DNA from: Candidatus Krumholzibacteriota bacterium
Lineage (GTDB): Bacteria; Krumholzibacteriota; Krumholzibacteriia; JAJRXK01
DNA: 64,000 nt
NCBI GenBank assembly: GCA_963764625.1
Contig: CAVXTH010000008.1
Span: 1-64,000 of the forward strand
Direction: 5' to 3'
In this document: positions 50,262 through 58,838 of the stretch, piece after piece
Layout of the letters: each line of letters begins with the position of its first letter
Numbering within the stretch: the stretch's first letter is position 1
Made by a program: the position numbers and the translations under genes
The notes under the pieces: generated by a model
The model's input: only the letters and a program-made list of their open reading frames with translations
What the model was told of the DNA's origin: nothing
The model's database searches: none

Positions 50262-51135
50262 CACACTCATCACCGCCGGGGTGGACGTGGGAACCAGCGC
50301 GGTGAAGACGGTGATTCTCGCATTCAAGCATCCGGAATCGATCGGTCGCTCGGTGGGTGAGGCCGATGTGGAGATCATGTCGTATCGCCAAGATCGGATC
50401 CGCCGCAGGGATCTGCGTGAAGTGGTGGACCAGAGTTGGGCGGTGGCGTTAGAGGCGGCCGGCCTGGCTCCCTCGGACGTGGCCTACGTGGCCAGCACCG
50501 GCGAGGGTGAGTTGGTGGAGTTTCGCCGGGGACACTTCTACGGCATGACCACGCACGCCAGAGGTGCCACTTTCCTATTTCCCGGAGCGTGCGCGGTCCT
50601 CGACCTCGGCTCGCTCCACGCGCGCGCGATGAGAGTGGATGGCCAGAGCCGCGTACTCGCCAATCGCATGACGAGTCAGTGCGCCTCCGGTTCGGGACAG
50701 TTTCTGGAAAACGTGGCGCGGTATCTCGGAGTCACCCTTCAGGAGGTCGGCGAACTGTCGACTCGCGCAGAGACTCCCGAGCCGGTGAGCAGTGTGTGCG
50801 CGGTGCTGGCCGAGACGGACGTGATCAACATGGTCAGCAGCGGCATTCGAACCGAAGACATTCTAAAGGGCATCCATCTCTCCATGGCCGGCCGCTACGT
50901 CAAACTCTTGCGCGCGATCGGAGGAGAGGGCAAAATCGTGATCACGGGCGGCCTCTCCGCCGATCGGGGTCTGGTGGAGGCCATGCGAGAGAAAGCCGCC
51001 GAAGACGATTTGCCCATGGAATTTCACACCCACGAACTCTCGGTACACGCCGGAGCGTTGGGGGCCGCCCTATGGAGCGGCTATCGGCATCATATTTTGT
51101 CCAAGCGGCACAACCCGAACGACGGCGCCTCCTAG
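50242..51135 (+). CDS. bcrD: Benzoyl-CoA reductase subunit D (BadG, ASKHA ATPase)
   Basis: AGVDVGT, RIRRRD, STGEGE, GHFYGMTTHARG, MTSQCASGSGQFLEN, SSVCAVLAETDVINMVS. Confidence 0.94.
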   Translation: MSSVATDTLITAGVDVGTSAVKTVILAFKHPESIGRSVGEADVEIMSYRQDRIRRRDLREVVDQSWAVALEAAGLAPSDVAYVASTGEGELVEFRRGHFYGMTTHARGATFLFPGACAVLDLGSLHARAMRVDGQSRVLANRMTSQCASGSGQFLENVARYLGVTLQEVGELSTRAETPEPVSSVCAVLAETDVINMVSSGIRTEDILKGIHLSMAGRYVKLLRAIGGEGKIVITGGLSADRGLVEAMREKAAEDDLPMEFHTHELSVHAGALGAALWSGYRHHILSKRHNPNDGAS

Positions 51136-51178
51136 CCTCAAGTCAACGGCTCGCGCACCGAGCGAAGACAGGGGAAGC

Positions 51179-51961
51179 ATGCACGCAGCCAAGTCTTCGA
51201 ATTTTCCACCACCCAAGGAGCCGCGGGAGTCGCCGCTCTCCCCGGTCTACTCGCGGGAGATGGAGGGCCGGGTCGCGATCGTCAGCGGCGCCGCCGGTGG
51301 CATCGGCCGGGCCATCATGGCCGAGCTTCTTGCCCACGGCGCGCGCGCGGTGGGACTCGATCTCTCGATTCCTCCCGACGCCAATCTCGACTGGGTGAAA
51401 GCTGACGTGGCGCAGGACAAAGACGTGCAGAGCGTCGTGGCCGCCGTCATGGAAGATTTCGGTCGCCTGGACTACGTGGTTCACGCCGCGGGGATCGCGC
51501 GGGACAAAGTCGTCTGGAAACTCCCGGTGGACGACTGGGATGCCGTGCAGCGCGTCAATCTGAAGGGTGCGTTCTTGCTGCTCCGGCACGCGGTTCCTGC
51601 CATGCGTGCGGGAGACGGAGGACGCTTCGTGTTCCTCGGTTCCATCAACGGTTCTCGGGGCAAGTTCGGGCAGACCGCGTACGCGGCCAGCAAGGCCGGG
51701 CTTCTCGGTTTGGCCAAGAGCGCTGCGCGGGAGACCGCGCGTTTCAAGATCCTGGTGAACGTGGTGGAGCCCGGAATGGTGAACACCGACATGACGAAAG
51801 ATTTGCCCGAAGCCGTACGGGCCGAGGCGCTCGACGAAATCCTGCTCGGCAAGCTCGCCGAACCGGTGGATGTGGCCCGCGCGGTTCACTTTCTCCTCGG
51901 CGAGGGGGCCGCGCACATCACGGGACAGCTTCTTCGCGTCGACGGCGGGCAGTATCTCTAG
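51179..51961 (+). CDS. FabG-like SDR (3-oxoacyl-CoA/ACP reductase)
   Basis: VSGAAGGIG, AGIARD, YAASKAG, VDGG; alternative start at 51260. Confidence 0.88.
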   Translation: MHAAKSSNFPPPKEPRESPLSPVYSREMEGRVAIVSGAAGGIGRAIMAELLAHGARAVGLDLSIPPDANLDWVKADVAQDKDVQSVVAAVMEDFGRLDYVVHAAGIARDKVVWKLPVDDWDAVQRVNLKGAFLLLRHAVPAMRAGDGGRFVFLGSINGSRGKFGQTAYAASKAGLLGLAKSAARETARFKILVNVVEPGMVNTDMTKDLPEAVRAEALDEILLGKLAEPVDVARAVHFLLGEGAAHITGQLLRVDGGQYL

Positions 51962-52013
51962 CACCCGTCGCGCGGGAACGCTGAGTGAATCTCGGAGTCC
52001 AAGGAGGACTGTC

Positions 52014-52508
52014 GTGGACACAGACCCCGGCCATGACATTTTCGAACAGCGCGGCATCTCCGTGCGGGCCATGCGCCAAGAGGATTGCGAGGTTCTCGTC
52101 AACATCGACGCCACGGCAACGGGGAAGCCTCGTCCGGAGTATTTCAAGCTCATGATGGCGCGCGCCCTCGAGCGCTCCACCATGCAGATCTCGCTCGTGG
52201 GGGAAATCGACGGCAATGTGGTCGGTTTCGTCATTGGATCGCTATATTATGGAGAATTCGGGCAGCTCGAGCCGGCCGCGGCCATCGACACCATCGGGGT
52301 TCACGTGGATTTCAGGAACATCGGGGTCGGCAGCGCGCTCATGGCCCAACTTCGCCGGAATCTCGGCGCTTTGCAGATTTCGAATGTCCGCACCGAGGTA
52401 GAATGGGATGATCTCGAGCTTCTGGGATTCTTCCAGGCGGAGGAGTTTCGACTTTCCAGTCGACTGTGTCTCGAATTGAAACTGGATCCCTCGCGAGTGC
52501 GGAGTTGA
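52014..52508 (+). CDS. GNAT acetyltransferase (possibly BadL-like)
   Basis: AAGGAGG RBS before GTG 52014; 'IDTIGVHVDFRNIGVGSAL' motif A; 'YGEFG', 'TEVEW…LLGFF'. Confidence 0.82.
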   Translation: MDTDPGHDIFEQRGISVRAMRQEDCEVLVNIDATATGKPRPEYFKLMMARALERSTMQISLVGEIDGNVVGFVIGSLYYGEFGQLEPAAAIDTIGVHVDFRNIGVGSALMAQLRRNLGALQISNVRTEVEWDDLELLGFFQAEEFRLSSRLCLELKLDPSRVRS

Positions 52509-52545
52509 GTCACCGGGCGGAATCCCCCTGGGGGAGGAGAATCAA

Positions 52546-53253
52546 ATGCGTTGTACACGTTGCGGACATGTGAGCGGAGAGAAGGACAACTATTGCTGTG
52601 AATGTGGAGCTTTCCTGCGCGACGCATACATCGATCAGAAACTGCTCTTCGCCCTCCAGCAGCAGACCGAGGGCAATGACAAAGAGGCGCGCCGCGCGCT
52701 GGAGCGGCTGATCGAAGACGATCCCAACCACGTGCTCGCCAACCACCTGCTGGGAAATCTCTACTTCCACCAGGGAACTCTGGAGAAAGCGATCAAGTGC
52801 TATCGTGCCGCCCTCAAGCAAGCCCCCAAATTTCTCCAGTGCATCTACGATCTGGGGGTCGCATGGTATCATCACGCGAACATGAAGGAGGCGATTCGAG
52901 CCTTCCAGAAGTGTCTGAACATCGATCCTCACTACAACGCGGCGCACTATCGGCTGGGAATCGCCCTGTTCCACGCGGGTGATATCGATGCCGCGCTCGA
53001 GCACTACGAGATGGCCTCCTCGCTCACTCCGGAGTATCGCATGGCCCTGTATCACATCGGCATCGTCCACGAGCGCAAGAGCGACACCGCCTCTGCGGCG
53101 CGCGCGTTCCAACAAAGCGTCGACGAAGCAGTGGGGGAAGCGAGCAGTTTCTATCATCTGGCGCAAATTCGGCGCGCGGAGGGAAAAGAAAAGGAAGCAC
53201 GGGAGCTTCTCGAACGCGCCGCGGGTTTCAAGGCCCTCGATTCGGTGGAATGA
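52546..53253 (+). CDS. Zinc-ribbon plus TPR repeat protein
   Basis: N-terminal CTRC…CCEC followed by about 5-6 TPR units (e.g. AHYRLGIALFHAG); GGAGGAG RBS. Confidence 0.85.
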   Translation: MRCTRCGHVSGEKDNYCCECGAFLRDAYIDQKLLFALQQQTEGNDKEARRALERLIEDDPNHVLANHLLGNLYFHQGTLEKAIKCYRAALKQAPKFLQCIYDLGVAWYHHANMKEAIRAFQKCLNIDPHYNAAHYRLGIALFHAGDIDAALEHYEMASSLTPEYRMALYHIGIVHERKSDTASAARAFQQSVDEAVGEASSFYHLAQIRRAEGKEKEARELLERAAGFKALDSVE

Positions 53254-53257
53254 ATTC

Positions 53258-54536
53258 GTGAGCGATCAGCCCAAGACCCCGCGCCCTTCCATCGACGAGT
53301 TGATCTTCGATTGGGAACAAGCCGGTCCCAACCATTTCGAGCGGGTCGGGCCACGTGATGATCGACGACGAGACCCTGCGCGACGGACTCCAGTGCCCCT
53401 CGGTCATCGATCCCGAAGTCGAATTGAAAGTGGAATTACTCCACCTCATGGACAGCCTGGGCATCGAGACGGCGGACGTTGGCCTGCCCGGCGCCGGGGA
53501 GCGACAGTGGAACGCCGTCATGAGGCTCTGTCGCGAGATCGTGGATCAAAGGCTCGCGATCCGTCCGAATTGCGCCGGGCGAACCGTAATGGCCGACATC
53601 CAACCCATGGCGGAAATTTCCCAGCGCGTGGGAATCGGAATCGAGGCCTGCGTCTTCATCGGAAGCAGTCCGATTCGGCAGTACACCGAGAACTGGCAGC
53701 TGGATCAGCTCCTGCGGCACACGAAAGAAGCGGTGAGCTTCGCGGTGGCCGAGGGGCTTCAGGTGATGTACGTCACCGAAGACACCATCCGCTCCTCCCC
53801 CGAACATCTGCGGCTGCTTCTCACCGCCGCGATCGACGCCGGCGCCTCACGGCTCTGTCTCTGCGACACGGTGGGCGCCGGAGTACCCGAAGGGGTGAAG
53901 AACCTCGTCAGCTGGACCCGCGACCTCATCGCCGAGTCGGGGACCGAGGTTGGCATCGACTGGCACGGGCACCGTGACCGCGGTCTCGATCTCCCCAACA
54001 CTCTGGCCGCAATCCAGGCCGGCGCCAGCCGGGTGCACGGCACCCTTCTGGGAATCGGCGAGCGGGTGGGAAACACCCCGATCGAACAGCTGCTGGTGAA
54101 TCTGAAACTGTTGGGGATGCGCGACGACGACCTCTCCCGGCTCCCCGAGTACGCGGAGCTGGTCTCCAAGGGGACGGGCGTTCCCATTCCGGCCAGTGCG
54201 CCCATCCTGGGTCGCGACGCCTTCCGCACCGCTACCGGGGTCCACGCCTCCGCGGTGGTGAAAGCCCAGGCGAAGGGAGACGCCTGGCTCGCCGATCGCG
54301 TCTACTCGGGAGTGCCCGCGAGCTGGATCGGGCGCAGCCAGGAGATCGAGGTCGGCCACATGTCCGGCAGCTCGAACGTCATCCACTATCTGACGACCCG
54401 TGGGCTGCCCTGCACCGACGAGGTGGTGCAGGCGGTTCTCACCGAGGCGAAGAAGTCTCCTTCCCTCTTGAAGGAAGACGACATCGTTCAGCTCGTGAGA
54501 AAGGCGGAGCGCGCGATCTCTCGCGATCCGGACTGA
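53258..54536 (+). CDS. LeuA/DRE-TIM family Claisen-type synthase lacking the regulatory domain; apparent frameshift ~53350
   Basis: 'LIFDW…' in the upstream frame, then DETLRDGLQ, LCDTVG, WHGHRDRG, GIGERVGN, GVHASA. Confidence 0.82.
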
Positions 54537-54571
54537 GTTCTTCCTTTCGATTCCAATATTCTGGCCCGCCC

Positions 54572-55006
54572 TCAGCTCACCGCATCGGGAAGCGTCTCCA
54601 CGAATTCCCGCAGCTCGTCGCGCACCCTACGGTAGTGGCCCAGGATCTCTTCCTCCTCCCGGGCCGACGAAGCGAGCCGGGGCGGATCGTCGAAGTTGCG
54701 ATGCACCACGCGGACCGGGCGCGGAAAGACGGGACAGCTCTCGTAGGCGTCGTCGCAAACCGTGATCACCACGTCGAAAGCGTGATCGAGCACCTCGTAA
54801 AGCTTCTTGCTGCGCTGGCTGGAGATGTCAACCCCGGCTTCTTTCATTACCCTGACGGCGTAGGGGTCGAGACCTTTGGGCTTTAGGCCGGCGGAATGCG
54901 CCTCGATGAGTTCACCGCGAAGCGTACGCGCCCACCCCTCGGCCATCTGACTGCGACAGGAATTCCCGCTGCAGAGAAAGAGGATCTTCATCTTGTCTTT
55001 GGACAT
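54572..55006 (-). CDS. arsC: Arsenate reductase, LMW-PTP (thioredoxin) type
   Basis: ILFLCSGNSCRSQMAEG, ITVCD…CP, FDDP, RRVRDE. Confidence 0.88.
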   Translation of the reverse strand: MSKDKMKILFLCSGNSCRSQMAEGWARTLRGELIEAHSAGLKPKGLDPYAVRVMKEAGVDISSQRSKKLYEVLDHAFDVVITVCDDAYESCPVFPRPVRVVHRNFDDPPRLASSAREEEEILGHYRRVRDELREFVETLPDAVS

Positions 55007-55024
55007 CGCTGCTATGGAACTCTC

Positions 55025-55843
55025 TCACTTCGGAATGGGGGCGGCCTTCTCCCACAGCATCTCGAAAATGGAAGAGAACCCGCGACTGAGCAACTCGTTG
55101 CGGATCTCGACCATGATGAAGCCATCTCCCTCGGCCGGACGGGGATCGGCCATCGGCAATCCGGTGATGCGATCGTCGAAGATCACCATGCGCATGGGCA
55201 CTTCCGGCAGCCAACGCAGGCTGGCTCCGCTGCGCAAATGGCCCCGCAAAATCTCTTTTGGCTCGGCGCCGAGGCCCTTGGGCAATTCGTAGAGCTGTTC
55301 CACTCGCACTCCGGCCTCCACCCGTTCGCGAACCAGCTCGGCGTCGTCCTTGACCACCAGCGGCAAGCGCGCGATCACACTCACCCGTTCGGTGGCGGCA
55401 TTCAGGAGAATCTTGTAGTTGCGAGCCGCGGCGTAACGCCCTTGGAACATCTTCACCCTGCCCTCGCGGCGATTGAGCGCGGCGCCGGAGCTGACGAATT
55501 CCTCCTTGAGCCGCTGCAACGCCTCTTTGGAACTCGACTCGCGGGCGCGCATGTCCTCGAGCAGCGGGCGGAAAGCCTCGTGGGGAGCGATCGCGGCGTA
55601 GCAGTTGACCGGCCCCAGCTGGCTCTCGCACAGCCCCCGTTGGATGAGGCGCTTGAGGGTGGAATAGACCTTGGGCTGGGGAACCCGGCTGTACTCGGCG
55701 ATTTCGGGCACGCGAGAACCGGGATGGCGGAGAATGGCCAGATAGACCCGGACTTCGTAGTCCGTGAGGCCCAAATTGAGCAGACCTTCGGAGATCTGAG
55801 CGTCAGTTCCGCTCACGGTTTTGGCCTTGCGGGCGGGACTCAT
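55025..55843 (-). CDS. TrmB-family transcriptional regulator
   Basis: 'LGLTDYEVRVYLAIL…EIAEYSRVPQPKVYSTLKRL' wHTH plus a C-terminal PLD-like sensing domain ('MVIFDD…FEMLWEKA'); start ATG at 55843. Confidence 0.87.
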   Translation of the reverse strand: MSPARKAKTVSGTDAQISEGLLNLGLTDYEVRVYLAILRHPGSRVPEIAEYSRVPQPKVYSTLKRLIQRGLCESQLGPVNCYAAIAPHEAFRPLLEDMRARESSSKEALQRLKEEFVSSGAALNRREGRVKMFQGRYAAARNYKILLNAATERVSVIARLPLVVKDDAELVRERVEAGVRVEQLYELPKGLGAEPKEILRGHLRSGASLRWLPEVPMRMVIFDDRITGLPMADPRPAEGDGFIMVEIRNELLSRGFSSIFEMLWEKAAPIPK

Positions 55844-55925
55844 CAGCTGAACCTCTGATGCTGCGAGGCCCTTCGAGTGTAGAGGGCGTGGTTGGGGATG
55901 ACCAGCGGGATGTGTCGCGAAAGGG

Positions 55926-55963
55926 GCGAAATGACGAAGGCCCGCCACAGGGCGGGCCTTCGT
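55926..55963 (-). terminator. Intrinsic terminator-like hairpin upstream of trmB
   Basis: Perfect 13-bp stem ACGAAGGCCCGCC-N4-GGCGGGCCTTCGT (55934-55963) followed on the minus strand by CATTTC. Confidence 0.7.
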
Positions 55964-56135
55964 AGCCGGGGCGCGCTCACACCCGAATCTTTCCCTGGCG
56001 CGATGCTCCCTGGGTCCAGGCGAAATCCCCCTCGACCTGCCGTCTGGTCCCAGCAGACGAGGTGGGGGGGCGACCCACACGGGAACTCGTCACAAGAGAG
56101 CGGGGGCGCAGCCACCGTCATCGTTCATGACAACT
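55926..56135 (-). ncRNA. Candidate structured ncRNA or leader RNA (5' hairpin, ~154-nt rod, terminator)
   Basis: TAGACG-N18-TAAAAT promoter (56171-56142); nested helices with G-U pairs valid only on the minus strand. Confidence 0.55.
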
Positions 56136-56323
56136 GCAATAATTTTAGCCGATTTTTGAATCCGGCGTCTACCCGCTCGTGGCCACGAGCCTGGATCGAG
56201 AGCTGGAACTCCTTTGATTCCAGCGATTATCTTCTCTTATCGCCACGCCGGTCGAGTGACTATCATGGGGGCTGCGCGTATCCCTGGATCGAGTTCTGAC
56301 CTTCCCGCCCTCCGGAGGCTTCC

Positions 56324-57382
56324 GTGTCGAGAGAGTGGAATGAGGCAAAAGTCAACGAGCACCCGGCCCCCGGCCAAGAGGAACTCCCCCACGGTCACGG
56401 CGCCGCGCCGGGGGAATGGGGGAAGGCCCCCGCCCACCCCCTGTCGCGGCCCAGCCTCTCGCGTCGCCTCCAACGGCTTTTCGCGCGTTCCTTGCGCATC
56501 CTGCCCAAGCGAGTGGTGAAGATCTTCGCCTCGCGCTACATCGCTGGCGAACGCGTCGAGGAGGGGGTGACCAAAGCCCGCGAGCTCTACGAGACCCACG
56601 GAATCCATTCCACTCTGGATATCTTGGGAGAGGACGTTCGCACTCGCGACCACGTGGAGGTTTATCACCGGCAATACCAAACCCTCATCCAAAGCATCGC
56701 CGATCTTCCCTACGCCAACGTCTCGATCAAGCTCTCCGCGCTCGGGCAGCTTTTGGACGAGGAAGATTGCCTTCGGCGCACAGAGGACATCGTGCAGCGC
56801 GCGGCCGCGGTGGACACTCTCGTGCGCCTGGACATGGAGGATCACACCACGACCAGCAGTACCCTGCGGATCTACCGGATCCTGAGGGAACGCGGCCACA
56901 AGAACGTGGGCATCGTGCTGCAGTCACGACTCTTCCGCACCACCGAGGATCTCAAGGATCTGGCCAGCCTCAAGCCCAACGTGCGACTCTGCATCGGCAT
57001 CTACCGCGAGCCTCCGGAAATCGCGCTGCAGGAAAAGCCCGAGATGAAACGACGCATGCTCGAACTTCTGGAAGGCATGTGGATGAACTCGCAGCACGTG
57101 GCCCTGGCGACCCACGAGGAGTGGTGCATTCGGGAAGCACTCCAGATCGCGGCGCGCCTTCGGATTCCCGATCCCGAAATCGAGGTTCAAATGCTGATGG
57201 GCGTACCCAGCCTGCCCTTGCAGAAGGAGCTGGTGGCGCGCGGCATCCGCGTGCGTCTGTACGTTCCTTACGGCAGACAGTGGTACGCGTACAGCATGCG
57301 CCGTCTCGAGAACAACCCGGACGTCTTTCTCTCCGTTTTCAAGAGCCTGCTGCGCGGCGTCTTCCATCCCGGGGCCAATTGA
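56324..57382 (+). CDS. Monofunctional proline dehydrogenase
   Basis: SRYIAGE, DILGE, SIKLSALG, RLDMED, VLQSRL, ATHE, YVPYG…WYAYSMRRL; start uncertain. Confidence 0.9.
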   Translation: MSREWNEAKVNEHPAPGQEELPHGHGAAPGEWGKAPAHPLSRPSLSRRLQRLFARSLRILPKRVVKIFASRYIAGERVEEGVTKARELYETHGIHSTLDILGEDVRTRDHVEVYHRQYQTLIQSIADLPYANVSIKLSALGQLLDEEDCLRRTEDIVQRAAAVDTLVRLDMEDHTTTSSTLRIYRILRERGHKNVGIVLQSRLFRTTEDLKDLASLKPNVRLCIGIYREPPEIALQEKPEMKRRMLELLEGMWMNSQHVALATHEEWCIREALQIAARLRIPDPEIEVQMLMGVPSLPLQKELVARGIRVRLYVPYGRQWYAYSMRRLENNPDVFLSVFKSLLRGVFHPGAN

Positions 57383-57441
57383 AGTACAATCGTTGACGCG
57401 CGGTAAGGGTCTCCGGTTTCACCAATGCGAACCGCGGTCAC

Positions 57442-58056
57442 ATGAGAACTCCGTTTTGCATCGCTATCTTCCTGCTCCTCACGGCACTGCTCGGCGCGGC
57501 CAGAGTGCCCACGAGCTCCGCGCGCGTTTTGAACTTCGACGAACTCGCTTCGGGAACTGTGGTCAACGAGCAGTACGCGTTCATGGGAGTGCATCTCTCG
57601 ACCGTGGGGACCGGGCTCAGTGCGGTCATCGCCACCACCGTGCCCGACTCCTGTGGAGGCGCGGCGCCCTCGGCTCCCAACGTGCTCTCGTACCGGGCCG
57701 AAGGAGAGTGTCCGGACGTTCACGATGAAACCGGCTGGTTCGAGGTCGATTTCGACACGCCTCAGAACCAGGTGTCGGTCACGGCCGTGAATCAAGGACC
57801 CAACTCCGCGGCCTACTTGAAGGCTTACGGAGCGGACGGTTTCGTCGAAATTGCCTGGAGCGTCCCGGGCGCAGCCATGACCGGAGTTCCTCAGACCCTG
57901 ATCGTGGCGCCACCACTGGATCGGCAACGCATCACCCGCGTTCAGTTCGGTGTCTACCACTCGAGCGATCCGGTGATCTTCGACGATCTCTCCCTCGATC
58001 TGGTCGTGCCCGCTCGCTTCACGAGCTGGGGCACTCTCAAGGCCCGCTGGGAGTGA
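57442..58056 (+). CDS. Secreted hypothetical protein with C-terminal SWG-x-x-K tail
   Basis: Signal peptide; beta-rich body ('LNFDEL…EQYAFMGV…IFDDL'); ends VPARFTSWGTLKARWE. Confidence 0.75.
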   Translation: MRTPFCIAIFLLLTALLGAARVPTSSARVLNFDELASGTVVNEQYAFMGVHLSTVGTGLSAVIATTVPDSCGGAAPSAPNVLSYRAEGECPDVHDETGWFEVDFDTPQNQVSVTAVNQGPNSAAYLKAYGADGFVEIAWSVPGAAMTGVPQTLIVAPPLDRQRITRVQFGVYHSSDPVIFDDLSLDLVVPARFTSWGTLKARWE

Positions 58057-58089
58057 GCGACCCGCAAGACGAGTCCTCCTCGAACGGCC

Positions 58090-58671
58090 CTAGCATCCGC
58101 TGCTCATGTTGTCTAGAAAGCGCCAGTAGGCGTTGAGGATGCAGCCGATGGTGGCGTAGATCTCGCCCTGCAGGAGCGTGCAGCGATTGAATTCCTCGAA
58201 GAAGGCGGCGATCGCGCAGGTGTAGAACTCCTTGCTCGATGCGACGGCGGGAGCTGGCCACACTTCAGCCTTCAGGCCTTGAAGGAGTTCAGCTCGGGAA
58301 TCCATCGGTTCTGGCGGCGCGTCGTACTCCTCCAACTCGGGCCAGCGGCTCTTTACCCCCGCGCTCAACAGCTCCTGCTGCGCCAGGAACGCTCCCAGGT
58401 CTTCCCGCGAGTACCCGAGGCGCTGAAACGCCCATGCGTCGTCACCGGCGAGAAAGTGAAGACGAATCTCCGTGCGCAGGACGGGATCGGCCAGTTTCTC
58501 CTGGATGTCCGCGAGAAATCGGAAGGCGTTCTGGAACCATACTTCCTGTAAGAGATCATCGACCCGCCGTGGCTGCGGTTCGGTCGCGCGTTCTTTCGCG
58601 CAACCGAACGAAAGACACGAGGTCATCAGGAGCAGGAGGAAAAGGACTGAAGTTCCGCGTACCTGTGACAT
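58090..58671 (-). CDS. Hypothetical lipoprotein with a Cys-rich C-terminus
   Basis: GAAGGGAG RBS; hydrophobic signal ending LSFGC; four C-terminal Cys residues. Confidence 0.65.
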   Translation of the reverse strand: MSQVRGTSVLFLLLLMTSCLSFGCAKERATEPQPRRVDDLLQEVWFQNAFRFLADIQEKLADPVLRTEIRLHFLAGDDAWAFQRLGYSREDLGAFLAQQELLSAGVKSRWPELEEYDAPPEPMDSRAELLQGLKAEVWPAPAVASSKEFYTCAIAAFFEEFNRCTLLQGEIYATIGCILNAYWRFLDNMSSGC

Positions 58672-58838
58672 GAGCTGTCTCCCTTCGCGGGAGGCGTGCT
58701 CTGGATTCAAGGCAGGACTCGTACCAATCACTCACGAGGGGAATACGACGGCCAATGAGGCCGCTCGGGCTCGACTCGAAGAAGCAGAAGCGTCCTCTGT
58801 CCCGGATTCCGGACGGCGCCACAAGCCCGAGGGCGGGG

